Part shown: in pieces, positions 1 through 11,126 of the stretch
How the letters are laid out: the number at the start of each line of letters is the position of its first letter
Position numbering within the stretch: position 1 is the stretch's first letter
The notes under the pieces: generated by a model
Databases searched by the model: none
What the model saw: only the letters and a program-made list of their open reading frames with translations
Told to the model about the DNA's origin: nothing
Made by a program: the position numbers and the translations under genes
Origin: Octopus sinensis
Lineage: Eukaryota
Direction of reading: 5' to 3'
Length of the DNA stretch: 42,764 nt
NCBI RefSeq assembly: GCF_006345805.1
Contig: NW_021835156.1
Span: 1 to 42,764, forward strand

Positions 1-167
1 TACTCTTTCGGCGCAACTTTTCTCTCACTCTTTCGTCTCTTGGGCTGCTCGCTTCAGCCAGCGGGGTGGCGTCATTTGAAGGCTAAAACAATGCGAAGCG
101 CATTGTGACCAGCCAAGTGTAGCAACATCTGATAGCCTGATCGGTCACGTGATCACGTGATCACGTG
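1..167 (+). mobile_element. tRNA-derived SINE, family 1 tail type A (3' part; 5' end outside window)
   Basis: Matches the copies at 10817-11126, 16546-16858 and 41868-42118 (ccagcggggtggcgtc...gaaggctaaaacaatgc...ggtcacgtgatcacgtga). Confidence 0.85.
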
Positions 168-471
168 ATGATTTTGGAAACCATCTTAATTTCATACACG
201 AAAATTTCTCCGCTATATTTTCAGTCTTCACAAATCACACTTTATGATAAAAAAAAAGAAGAAGAAAGAAAAGAAAGAAAACAAAAGAGCATTAACGTGT
301 TCAAGTGTATGTTATTAACTTATATGTGTTTATTTTCTGATTTCTTCTTTAAGGAGATTTTGCTGATGAAGAACTAGAAAATTTGAAGGTTATCATGCCC
401 ACGGGCATATGGGTAGTGGTTAAGAGCGCGGGCTACTAACCCCATATTCCGAGTTCGATTCCAGGCAATAA

Positions 472-610
<139 letters not shown>

Positions 611-650
611 AATACCATAGGAATGAGAACCCAGGTTCGCATTTCCCCAA

Positions 651-697
651 GACACCTGATGAAGTCTGGAGGGTATATCAGCCGAAACATTGTATTA
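651..697 (+). ncRNA. Degenerate minimal type I hammerhead ribozyme (PLE-type)
   Basis: GACAC-CTGATGA(656-662)-A-GTCTG/CAGCC stem II-GAAAC(684-688)-ATT-GTATT. The sister copy at 41772-41784 has GAAAC-GT-T-GTGTT, which completes stem III and stem I. Confidence 0.55.
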
Positions 698-739
698 ACA
701 ACAGACAAGATGAGGACAAATATCCGTCAAGTGTAAACA

Positions 740-770
<31 letters not shown>

Positions 771-771
<1 letters not shown>

Positions 772-950
772 GCGCAGGTGTGGTGGAGTGGTTAGAAGCT
801 TTCCCGTCATCGCTCGCCAATAGATGTTTGTGTGTTTACGTCCCCGTACACTAGCAGTTCATCAAAAGAAACCGATAGAATAAGTACTAGAGTAACAAAT
901 AATAAGTCCTGGGGTCGATTTGTTCGACTAAAGGCGGTGGTTCGGCATGG
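771..950 (+). mobile_element. tRNA-derived SINE family 2, internally deleted
   Basis: ggcgcagg head joined to the 3' half (cgatagaataagtact...ggggtcgatttgttcgactaaaggcgg); compare the full copy at 31502-31916. Confidence 0.75.
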
Positions 951-962
951 CAGGTGGAGGTC

Positions 963-1053
963 AGGTGTTTTTCCTCAATAAGCACTCACAATGCCCGGTC
1001 TGGGAATCGAAACCGCGTTCTCTTCCCTAACCACTGGGCCATTTCGCCTCCAC
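963..1053 (-). mobile_element. SINE family 1 head fragment
   Basis: Reverse complement of gtggaggcg..aatggcccagtggttaggg...gcggtttcgattcccagaccgggc. Confidence 0.75.
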
Positions 1054-1209
1054 TGCAGTTGGTGTTGTTTATTCAGTGAGATATTAGTTTGATTTGCCTT
1101 TCGACTGGTAACAACCGGTCTATCTTTTTTAAAGATACCTTACTATAGATACATTCATATAGGTAATCGTAATCATACCTGTACACATACGAACACACAC
1201 ACACACATC

Positions 1210-1212
<3 letters not shown>

Positions 1213-1270
<58 letters not shown>
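1213..1270. repeat. (TA)n microsatellite
   Basis: Directly visible. Confidence 0.97.
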
Positions 1271-1272
<2 letters not shown>

Positions 1273-1914
1273 GATAAATATATACTCAATTATACGTCTG
1301 CTATAAACAGATGTAAAATATAAGATGGGGCACATCTTCAAAAAGTAGACACCTTCTAATTAGCCATCTCCATAATATACACTTTCATGATAACTACCTT
1401 TCGCAGAAAAGATTTTTTCCCTCTTTCACGATTCAGCTGATACGATTAATACACTAACCGACACTTTGTATACATTCTCACACATCACAAAATATCGCAC
1501 TCCATAAATTCGGCACCTGGCGACAATTTCACACGATGTATCGCTGTAGTAGTTCTCAGAGAAAAACAAATTGAAGCTTAGAATATAAAGAGGAGGTTAT
1601 TCAGTGACGACAATTTGCTTAAATAAAGAAAAAAAAAATGAGAAAAGGCAAAGCTTCCGACTTGGAGTATATAATTTGTATCAATACTGCAATTGTCTTA
1701 TGCTTTTTCACTGTGGACCAGTTCAGTTATACCTTTAAGTGCCTCCTCTTCAATGATCTTACTAAACCGTTTTTTAAACGGTCCATTTAGCAGTGTTTAG
1801 CGTCAGAAGCAGTTTTGTACGGTGAAGGCAACATCATGTAATGTACGCTTTTAGATAACTTACCTTTCATTTTCTACCTTAGAAACAAGTCCACATCCAC
1901 CAAAGTTAATTTTG

Positions 1915-2308
1915 ATTTCTTTATTTTCCACAGGGGGAGGGGGGGCTAAACATAGATAGAACAAATAAAGGGATTAAGTCGATTACATCGACCCCAGTGC
2001 ATAACTGGTAATTATTTAATCGACCCCAAAAAAGATAAAAGGCAAAGTCAACCTCGGCGGAATTTGGATTCAGAACGTAGCAGCAGACGAAATACCTATT
2101 TCTTTACTACCCACGAGGGGCTAAACACAGAGGAGATAAACAAGGACAGACAGACGGATTAAGTCGATTATATCGACCCCAGTGCTTAACTGGTACTTAA
2201 TTTATCGACCCCGAAAGGATGAAAGGCAAAGTCGACTTAGGCGGAATTTGAACTCAGAACGTAACGGCAGACGAAATACCGCTAAGTACTTCGTCCGGCG
2301 TGCTAACC
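1915..2308 (-). mobile_element. tRNA-derived SINE family 3, tandem dimer
   Basis: Two successive copies of tcgaccccagtgc..aactggta..aatttatcgaccccgaaaggatgaaaggcaaagtc..cctcggcggaattt, joined at gacgaaatacc|tatttcttt (~2096). Confidence 0.85.
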
Positions 2309-2699
2309 AAAGTTCATAATATCGTAGATGGCCATATATAGAATATCTGTTAGACTCTAGCTCTTCTCTAGATCTTTCTTCCCTAATTTATTCTCCAAAC
2401 AAAGATAGCTACTGGTTTTTTTTTTTTAAATCTTTTAATTTGTAAAGAAATGTGTATGAATTCTTTAGCGTTCGAAATTGGTTGACTGGAGGAAGACAGC
2501 AATGAGTAAAGTAGAGACATGGTACCGAAGATGCCAAGCATGGGTATTAAATCGAAAGATAGTTCCTTTAAACGTTTTCTGTAGAACATTTGCGCTGTCA
2601 ATCTCATTCACCGTACATAACTTTATGGAAAACGTGTGGTATTTTGACCTTTTACCTTTTATCTTTAATCTTTAACCCGGTTCCCTCATTAGCCTGTGG

Positions 2700-2960
2700 A
2701 GCACACTTGTCTTCTAGGCCTTATTCTATCGGTAGTTTTCGCCGAACCGCTAGCCAACGTAACCAAACACACAACCGTTGTCACGCGTTGGTGGGAGATA
2801 AGCACAGATACAAAGTCGCAAACACACACACACACACAAATGTACGATTCACAAGACTTTGTCTGAGGCTCTTATAGAAGACACTTGCCAAAAGTGCCAT
2901 GCAGTTCGATTGAAGCCGGGATCGTGTGGTTGCGAAGCAAACTTGTTACGACTCACCCAC
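2700..2960 (-). mobile_element. SINE family 2, degraded
   Basis: ttattctatcggt..ttttcgccgaaccgct, an internal (CA)n tract and agaagacacttgcc, as in the other family 2 copies. Confidence 0.7.
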
Positions 2961-3207
2961 TGATATTATAAAAATCGAGGTGGTTTCAAATTGTCATGTG
3001 GTCAGAATGTTGTAATATGATTTTATACAAAGGGTTAGAACTGTGAATATCTAATAACAGATTGACTCTGCTCCACTTTACACAGAGTTTCTCAGAGTTC
3101 TGTAAGTTCAGAAGAGCATCGACATTCTCAGATCTAAGGTGTGAAAACTCTTCTATCTGCGTACATGTCGACATCTCTGACTGTTTATTTTCTCTCTTTC
3201 CCTGTGT

Positions 3208-3535
3208 GTCTGCTACATATGTAGGAAATACTGTCTGTGGGTGTGTTTGTAGAGTTGTTAGCTAACTCCTCCTACATCGTTTTATCGATTTTGATGAAAC
3301 TTGACACGTGAATAGAACTCATGTCTGGAAACCTCATGGCATACTTAGATTGTTGAAAAAATCGATAAGAGAACGCATGGAAGTGATCCTTATATATATA
3401 TCTAATATATTTTAGTTTAAAAGCCAAGGGAAATAACCCATTCGCTCATAGAAGGGATCCTTATATGTAGCCAAGGAAAATAACCCATTCATTTTCCTAA
3501 ATTATTTAGTAATAATCAAATTGAGTATGCTTATT
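3208..3535 (-). mobile_element. Helentron-associated / DINE-1-like non-autonomous element
   Basis: Minus strand carries caagtttcatcaaaatcg..gttagctaac..cagacag..tacatatgtag; homologous to 30570-30940 on the plus strand. Confidence 0.6.
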
Positions 3536-3539
3536 TCTG

Positions 3540-4310
3540 AACTTCAACACAGAATCTTTGTGGCCTTGGATTTGTTCGTTTTCATTTGCTCTTCTGCTTT
3601 CTCCAATTGTTAAAACCTTCCTCGTCTGAGAACCGGTCATGTTGACTTGACATCGAAGTACATTAAAATCAATAAGCAGCACACTTTGATGAATTGTACA
3701 GGAGTCAATTTCTTAAAAGAGGCTCCACATTCTCAAAAATTGTATAGAGCATTGAATGTTTAACATAACGGTAGTACCCAATAAGTCTTCAACTTATCGA
3801 TAATGGCGTCGAGATTCTGGATAGGCATCAGACATTTTTATTTTGACATATAGCTAAGTGTGTCTGAAAGAACATGGACACATACTTTTCTCTGGCTGAG
3901 TCTGGATCCCATGGAGCCGATTACCTATCCATGAAAAAAGACCAGAGGATTCTTCGTCTTCAATATTTTGTAATTCTTTCTTGTTTCGAGGAGGGGTACT
4001 TGGTAGTGCGGTTGGGTCCTCAAAAGAGACATCAAGGTACTTGTTCTTCATTATTAGCTTCTGAGTTTCCTTCCGTCGAATCAAAGACAGATTTCTGTAA
4101 GGCGTTTTTTTTTTTGATACAGCAGTATTGTTTTCAATTGTCTTAGAAATGTCTTTCTTCTGAGCATCAGACAGTTGATTTATTCGTGGCATTTTTAAAT
4201 ATTCTGTGTCCGGGTATAATGTATAATCGGAATTAAAACAAAAGAAAATGGTTTCAAAAATAAGAGAAAGCTGGAACTGATAACAGCAACGTAGACTCAA
4301 GCTATTTTAT
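3540..4310 (-). mobile_element. Decayed hAT (ZMYM1/DUF4371-like) transposon fragment, unit 1
   Basis: N-terminal MPRINQLSDAQKK...SFEDPTALP aligns with 5470-5860; 3540-3590 aligns with 6311-6360. Confidence 0.5.
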
Positions 4311-4318
4311 GTTCATAC

Positions 4319-4814
4319 CCTGTTTCCTAGTGACTACTGTCTTGGATACAATTGTTAATCACTTATTTATTTCCCCCAGATAATTTGCGGCAATTACGAA
4401 CTACTGTGAATTTAATAATATACAAGACATTTCTATTGATGACCTCTTCAAGGGAATATTCAAATACAATTTTACTTTGGATTGTAATTTACAGCTTTCT
4501 TTAATGCCAACAACTTGTATCACTAACATATACCATTTACGCACTGGATACTCGAGGACAAAATCGTTAAAAATATTGGTAAACACCCCGATGTCGGGAG
4601 CACCTCATCCCGAAATCGATGAGAAGTATTTGCCTGAGCCCGAATCAATAACGGAAGCAGAATTAATGAATAACAAACGGGATTCGAAAGACGAAACGGT
4701 TAACAAGAAAGGAGCGTCAAATGTACCACTAGATTCCTACAAAATCTCGGTCATGCAACTGATGACAATAAGCACTTCAAGATGATTACAACACCACTGG
4801 ACCAGAACAACATA
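4319..4814 (+). pseudogene. EB1/MAPRE-like pseudogene fragment A (frameshifted)
   Basis: Aligns to ~8960-9440 (QDISIDDLFKGIFKYNF vs KDIPIDDLIKGTFKHNF; SGAPHPE vs SGTPNPE; caccactggaccagaacaacat vs cggcactggaacagaacaacat). 4319-4359 matches 9537-9577. Confidence 0.85.
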
Positions 4815-5870
4815 GGATGAGAACTTAACATAGTAAGAAGCAGCAGCTTGTCCAACCAGATTCAAAGAATGAGTAGCGCAGGGAATGAAAACTGCAGCCA
4901 GATTATTTCCCTTGAGTATAGCTTGCATTCCTGTATAGTGAACGGACATATTAATGGCGTTGTCATAGAACTGTCTCCTGCAGACTTTATACCTGCTTAT
5001 ATCAGGAATTCTAAGACAGACGCAACCAGCGCTTTTGATTTGTGGGATCCAGTTTGCAGAAAACTTAATAACCTCATTGGTTTACAAGGAATAACGTAAT
5101 GCTCAATTGCTGTTATTTGGTAAACATATTCCCGGTCTGGTGTTCAATCTACAGAATAGGAAATACTTGGCAGTTTTAAGTTCTCCAACAATATAATTCT
5201 TGACATTTTGTCATAAACAGAACAATTTCTTCGTAGACATGGTAGGTAATAAGTATGATTAGTAACACTACTAATATTACCAAATGTTCTCAAGCGATCC
5301 GTGAGAAATGGATCAAATTGTGCTAGTAGTTCCATAATTCCGGGAAAATTCCCATTGTGTTTAGTGCCAATATTCTTTTCACTCTAAATGCCAAATTTCT
5401 CGCAGCTAAGAATATTGTCTCAAACAAAATACGGCACAATTCTTCAGTCCAGTATTTCGTGTTTCCTTTCCGGTTTACTATGAATGACAAAACATGATGA
5501 TTCTCCGCCTTCAATATTTTGAGGTGATACGTTCTTGCTATTTTCTGCAGATGTATTTGGGGTTGCGGCTGGGTCCTCAAAAGAGACATCTGATACTGGT
5601 TCTTCATCTTTAGCTCCTGAGATTCCATTTTTTTTTTTGAAGCAAAGAATCACTTTTGTAAGGCGCATGTGTCTATGCCAATAAAGCAGCACTGTTTTCA
5701 ACTTCATCCTCAAAAAAAGTTTTATTTTCTAGCTCCAGACATTTGAATTTTCCGTGGTACTTTTAGATATTATGTGTTAGAGTATAATATATAATCTGAA
5801 ATGAAGCAAAAGAAAATAGTTTCAAAAATAGATTAAACCTGGAAGTGATAACTGGAACATACTCATTCCA
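4815..5870 (-). mobile_element. Decayed hAT (ZMYM1/DUF4371-like) transposase, unit 2
   Basis: Minus-strand motifs PRKIQMSGARK, TIFLAARNLAFR, ELLAQFDPFL and GMQAILKGNNLAAVFIPCATHSLNLVG (hAT CxxH motif), broken by stops and frameshifts. Confidence 0.8.
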
Positions 5871-5879
5871 TTTACTCCT

Positions 5880-6215
5880 GCTGCAGTCTCCGACGGGCTA
5901 ATGTTTTGGATACAACCGTTAATCATTCTTTTTACAGCAGATATTCTGAAGCTATTACGGACTACTGTGGATTCAATTTTATGTAGGACATTCTTATTGA
6001 TATCCTGAACAAAAGAATGTTGAAACACTTTTTCATTGAGTTGGGATTTAAAGCTATCTTTGATGCCAAATACATCTTGTATCACTTTGATATACGTCAG
6101 CTACGCACTCAATATTGGAGGGAACAAATCGTCAATTAAGAATGTTGGTGATACCTTCAAGTCGGGAGCACCTCACCCTGATATGAGAAAAATTCGCCCG
6201 AAATCGAAGCAGGTA
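5880..6215 (+). pseudogene. EB1/MAPRE-like pseudogene fragment B
   Basis: FKAIFDAKYILYHFDIRQLRTQYW vs FKAFFDANYNKHPYDICQLRAQYC; after a frameshift KNVGDTFKSGAPHPD vs KNVGDTPKSGTPNPE. Confidence 0.85.
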
Positions 6216-6219
6216 ATAT

Positions 6220-6400
6220 AACTGCTTATCACTTCTGGGATTGCCAGTATATCATCTTTTCCTGGACTTGTTTTACCAATTTTCAAGTAAATTCTCTACA
6301 TAAAAGATTGAACTTCAACGCAGAATCTTTGTGGCATTGTCTTTGTTCATGTTTCCATCCATCGTTATTTTATTGTATTCCATATTCTGAAGCACATTCA
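6220..6400 (-). mobile_element. Probable start of a third hAT-derived unit
   Basis: aacttcaacgcagaatctttgtggc (6311) matches aacttcaacacagaatctttgtggc (~3540). Confidence 0.4.
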
Positions 6401-7033
6401 AGTCACATTTAAAAAATAAAAATCTCACCACCTTCCCTCTGCATCGTACCTTTAACAAAAAAATTTTACTTGTGTTTTATCTTCTTTGCTTTCTTTTCTA
6501 TTTCCGTCGGAATTTTCTGTTTTAAGGCCTTAAATCACCCAGCGAAATTTTTCTTTTTTGTTTTTGCATAATCGTATGAATTCCTGTGTGTAGAACACAA
6601 ATTTGCAGACGTTTTCTAGAAATTCCCAAAAAACATGTTTTGAGGTGATATCAGGGCTATTTAGCTGTTAAGCCAACATTCTGGACGGTCATAATTTTAA
6701 ACTGTGATTTTAAAATAAAAATTCAAAACATTTTTAAATTTCGAAAAATTGAAAAAACATAGTTGTTTTTTCCCGTAATTGCGTGAATCCCAGTGATTAG
6801 AATACAAATTCGCAAAAAAATTGTCTAAAAATTCCAAAATGTAAAAAAGTTATGAGGCCTTTTTATGGCGTTCTCAAAGCAGAATTCCACTGTACCCTTT
6901 CGTTTTCATAGTTTTGCCATTCGTAAAGGACTGATAAAGAAATAACAGAAAATCGTTTATAAAACTATTCTTGTCTACTCTAGGCGTCCATCTCTTCGGG
7001 ATATGCATACCGTTGTCCCCAAAAGAACTACAG

Positions 7034-7036
<3 letters not shown>

Positions 7037-7086
<50 letters not shown>

Positions 7087-7421
7087 TGAGTGAGAGAGCA
7101 GTTCATGCCATCAAAGTACACTGGGGTAAAATATACGAAGCCCAATATACCCATCATGACTACCCGTCTGATAAAGGTACAACCAGGCACATGCATCACA
7201 ACCATATGTGCGTGACATGGTGATCTCATATCAAGATAAACAGCACATGACCTTGCAGGTGGGGCCCAGTTAGAATTTTCTCAGTTGAGTAGCCCATCCC
7301 GCTCAAACGGTCCCTGAATAAGGGTGTTTAAGGATGTTGAAAGAACCACCCATGTTTCCAGAGGTGAATTATTCAAACCCCAAAGAATCCCTCTCTACAC
7401 ATGGCTATGATGCTCCCCCAC

Positions 7422-7459
<38 letters not shown>

Positions 7460-7470
7460 TATTATTATTG
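7037..7470. mobile_element. Interspersed non-coding repeat flanked by (TTA)n on both sides
   Basis: ~335-bp GC-richer island between two (TTA)n tracts; a short related piece (gacactacccgtct..t.....agggta) lies at ~9800-9850. Confidence 0.5.
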
Positions 7471-8755
7471 TTATTTTTGCAGCAGAAGATTTAAAATTTC
7501 GAATGAATATAAACGTTAAGATATTAAGCATACTGAGGAAACTGGTTAAAAGCAATTAACAAGTGTAGCACAGCATCGCCCTAAAGACTTCATTCCTTTA
7601 AATATCACCAAGCCAGTGAAGCATTCTTTGTCGAACACTCTGTACTTGACATGGTGTTTCCGTGAGAGAATTCAAAGGCGGTTTTCTTATTTCTTCCGTC
7701 GGGTAATTTGTTTTACTAGAAAACCATCTTGTCGGATAGATACTGATAATTTTTTACTCACTTCCTTTGGGAGTGAGGACATGGAATATCAGAAGAACTA
7801 TAACAAAACATTTTTGTTCTATGCAGTAAGAACTCTGTGTAACCTAGTCTACTGATTCGTTGTATCGCGGAGAATGGCCAGCAACAATCCACTTCACGAG
7901 CCTCATTTATTCTGGGATGTGCGCATCGTCTCCCTGCATCTTCTGTTGTTTAAACCCCACCCTTTTTTTTTCTGTGTTCCTTACTTTGGTTCCTTTATGC
8001 TGTTTTGAAGACGAAACCATTGTTAAGCTCCACAGTGTAGTAAAGATAAATTAGATAAAGATTATCGTATCTATACAACAAATTCAGTTTGCATTCAATT
8101 GAAAACCTTGCAGAGATGTTGTACCAAGACGCATTATTTATCTTCTTAAATTAACTGATCTTGATAGTTGAACTTGTTGACCCCACCCGCTCAGAACTCA
8201 TCTGTCTAGTTCAGTTGAAACAGTATTTGAAAAAGCCAGAACAAATGTTGCAAAGCATTTTGCGCAATTCACCAAATAATTCTGCCAATTCTTTGCCTTG
8301 TAGCACACACACACACACACACACACAAACGCACACGCATACACACACACACACACATACATTCTCTCATTCTTTCTCTCAAACTTACACATGCACATAT
8401 ATACACGTGTGTCTGTAGAGAATGATCATAGCATAGGTTTAATATAACGTTGTTATTTCAGGAAAGTATTATGCAGAAAATAAAAACGAAGTCTTTGCGT
8501 TGCTACGTCATTAACAAATCACGTTTTATTACTAAGTTTTTCTTCAAACAGAAAAAATTGTCTATTCTCGAAAAAACCACACAAAAAACAAAAACAAAAA
8601 CAGCAAAATCAAAGGAATCTAAAAGTAACAGACGCTATCGTAAAATAGTTAACGTTTAAATTCTTTAACGTCAATAATATAAGTGGAATCTGTAATTTTC
8701 TTTATTCTGTTGACTTGTCGCTCTCTCTCATTACTTCATTTGTCATATTTCCATT

Positions 8756-9661
8756 ATGGCAGTCACTCATTTTCATGTAAAAGATATCAGTAAAACTGAA
8801 TTGCTCAACTGGTTTCGAAAATACCTTTCACCAGAGATTCAGAGCATCGAAGAACTTGCAACAGGAGCAGATTTTTGCCTCGGCATGGAAATATTATTTC
8901 CAGGTACCATAGATATCAAAAAAGTAAAATTCGTTGATGCTTGTGACTATTTCAGACGCATGAATTTCAAGCAATTTAGAAATGCTCTGAATACGATTAA
9001 TTTGAAGAAGGACATTCCTATTGATGACCTTATAAAGGGAACGTTTAAGCACAACTTTTTCTTTGGATTGTGGTTTAAAGCATTCTTTGATGCGAATTAC
9101 AACAAGCATCCCTATGACATATGCCAGCTACGCGCTCAATATTGCAAGAAAAAAACGATAATTTTAAAGAATGTCGGTGATACCCCGAAGTCGGGAACAC
9201 CTAATCCTGAAGTCGATAAGGATACACCCGAACCCGAAGCAATAATCGAAGCACAATTAGGAAATGGGGAACATGATACGAAATGTAATAAATATACGAC
9301 AAACACGGAAACCAAAACAGATGATAAGAAAGATGAATCAAAAATACCAGTAGATTCCGACGAAATCTCGAGCGCTGTGACTGCTAATGACAATAACTAC
9401 TTCAAGTCAATTACAACGGCACTGGAACAGAACAACATTAGTTTAGAACATGATAACATGCAACTGAAGTATTCTTTGGATACTGTTAAGAAAAGGAACA
9501 GTTTGTTGTCAGAAGCAATGAAAAAAATAGAAAGCGCCTGTTTCCCAGTAGCTAATGTGTTGGATACAACTGATTATTTGACACCGAAATTAATTCAAAC
9601 TTTGAAAGTATTTTACGAGGAAATTGTAGAGATTTTAAAAGACACTAATGATAAATTTTAA
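8756..9661 (+). CDS. Intronless divergent EB1/MAPRE-family microtubule end-binding protein (CH domain, linker, coiled coil/EBH), probable retrogene
   Basis: 301-aa open ORF. ELLNWF, IEELATGADFC, LFPGTIDIKKVKF, IPIDDLIKGTFKHNFFFGLWFKAFFDANY match the EB1 CH domain; LEHDNMQLKYSLDTVKK..KIESAC and EEIVEILKDTNDKF align without gaps to EB1 LMQQVNVLKLTVEDLEK..NIELIC and QRIVDILYATDEGF. Confidence 0.9.
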   Translation: MAVTHFHVKDISKTELLNWFRKYLSPEIQSIEELATGADFCLGMEILFPGTIDIKKVKFVDACDYFRRMNFKQFRNALNTINLKKDIPIDDLIKGTFKHNFFFGLWFKAFFDANYNKHPYDICQLRAQYCKKKTIILKNVGDTPKSGTPNPEVDKDTPEPEAIIEAQLGNGEHDTKCNKYTTNTETKTDDKKDESKIPVDSDEISSAVTANDNNYFKSITTALEQNNISLEHDNMQLKYSLDTVKKRNSLLSEAMKKIESACFPVANVLDTTDYLTPKLIQTLKVFYEEIVEILKDTNDKF

Positions 9662-9670
9662 AACGTAATT

Positions 9671-9676
9671 AATAAA
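9671..9676 (+). promoter_or_regulatory. Candidate polyadenylation signal of the EB1-like gene
   Basis: AATAAA 10 nt after the stop codon; weak evidence in AT-rich DNA. Confidence 0.3.
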
Positions 9677-10154
9677 GGATCAGCTAATGACAGCTTTTAA
9701 TGAAACCTCATTTGTTGATCATTTATTTCTCACGGCAGAAAAAGAAAAAATCTTGAATGTAAGTTTTTATTTCATCATAACATTATGTATGTGTACCAGC
9801 GGATATACCCGACACTACCCGTCTATTGTATCAGGGTAACTGCATGCAGTAAATCTGCCTTACAAAATAACTGCCAAAGAAGATCTTTGTCTATTTTTCA
9901 TTAACGAAAAATTACAGCAAAAATGTGTTGCTCAATAACAATCTTGGTTCTATGATAAAATGATCATCGGAGTTTCCACTATTTGAAGAGCCCCCATGAA
10001 GCTGGTCATGTGAAAAGACAGGCTTCTTTTAAGGTCAGTTTATGCACAAGTATTTTAAGAAATTTCAATAAGTGCCCTCGAGATGTATGTATTGCTGACA
10101 ATAGCGAAGAATCGAAATCGAAACCTTTTAAATTGACTACATCGTTACAGTTGT

Positions 10155-10690
10155 TTCATCATCATTCATCATTGTTCGACCGTGGTCGAGACAATGGAAT
10201 TTACCATGTTGCGCCAGACTTCACGGTCCATCATAGCATTACGGAGGTCCTGTTGCTGGATGCCTGTATCCCTGGAGATTACATCAGGGTAGGAGAGTGT
10301 GCGCCCTCTGGTATTGCGAGTAGATGGCTTCCAGAAGAGAAGAGTAGAAATTACTTCTTTTTCAGCTCTACAACAATGTCCAGCAAACTGGACTCTTCTA
10401 TTTTTCACAAGAGATGATACAGGTGGTAATTTCCCATATATTTGCATTTTAGTTGGATGGCGCCTCCACGAGAGATTTTGAGCTCTCATAAGGAGGCGAG
10501 TGTAGGTTCCGTCAAACCGCCTCTCAAGCTTCTTTGATAACGTCCAGGTTTCTGAGCCATAGAGTAGAATTGGTTCGACTGTGGCTTTGAATATTTCAAG
10601 TTTGAAGTCTCTACTTAGATTTGATGACCAGATCTTATGCATTTCATTACAGGCTGACCAGGCCATACCCTTTCTAGTTAGAAAGTTGTT
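10155..10690 (-). mobile_element. 5'-truncated RTE-clade LINE (RT C-terminus and short tail)
   Basis: ORF 10169-10666: IFKATVEPILLYGSETWTL...RRVQFAGHC...DREVWR; ends in a (GAT)-rich tail at ~10155-10170. Confidence 0.9.
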
Positions 10691-10816
10691 GTTTAGCTAG
10701 GTAGAGGTAACAAAGAAAAATAAAAGTAGATATGTTGGACGGTCTTGTCGCTGAGAATTTAATATAATAATAACAAAGAAATATAACAAGCATTCGCACA
10801 AACTATATAGCTTAAT

Positions 10817-11126
10817 GTGGAGGCGCAATGGCCTAGTGGTTAGGGCAGCGGACTCGCGGTCGCAGGATCGCGGTTTCGATTCCCAGACCGGGCGTTGTGA
10901 GTGTTTATTGAGCAAAAAACACCTAAAAGCTCCACGAGGAACCGGCAGGTGATGGTGCTGATCCCTGCTGTACTCTTTCACCACTCTTTCTCCCACTCTT
11001 TCTTCTGTTGGCCTGCTCGCTTAGCCAGCGGGGTGGCGTCATTCGAAGGCTAAAAACAATGCGAACGCATTGTGACCAGCGATGTGTAACAACATCTGAT
11101 GGTCTGGTCGGTCACGTGATCACGTG
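10817..11126 (+). mobile_element. Full-length SINE family 1 tail type A with 12-bp TSD
   Basis: tRNA-like head (tggcctagtgg A-box, ggtttcgattccc B-box); TSD atatagcttaat at 10805-10816 and 11127-11138. Confidence 0.93.

Noticed and set aside
363-385. CTGATGA-AGAACTA-GAAA, a possible hammerhead
   Set aside because: No stem II can form, and no stem I or III partners were found.
3854-4300. 148-aa minus-strand ORF as a host gene
   Set aside because: It aligns with the decayed hAT N-terminus duplicated at 5470-5860.
9983-10417. 144-aa plus-strand ORF
   Set aside because: Mostly antisense to the RTE reverse-transcriptase ORF; no independent motif.
10817-10890. SINE heads as functional tRNA genes (also at 400-465, 33680-33748, 36530-36602)
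   Set aside because: Acceptor stems are incomplete and the sequences continue into SINE bodies, some with TSDs.
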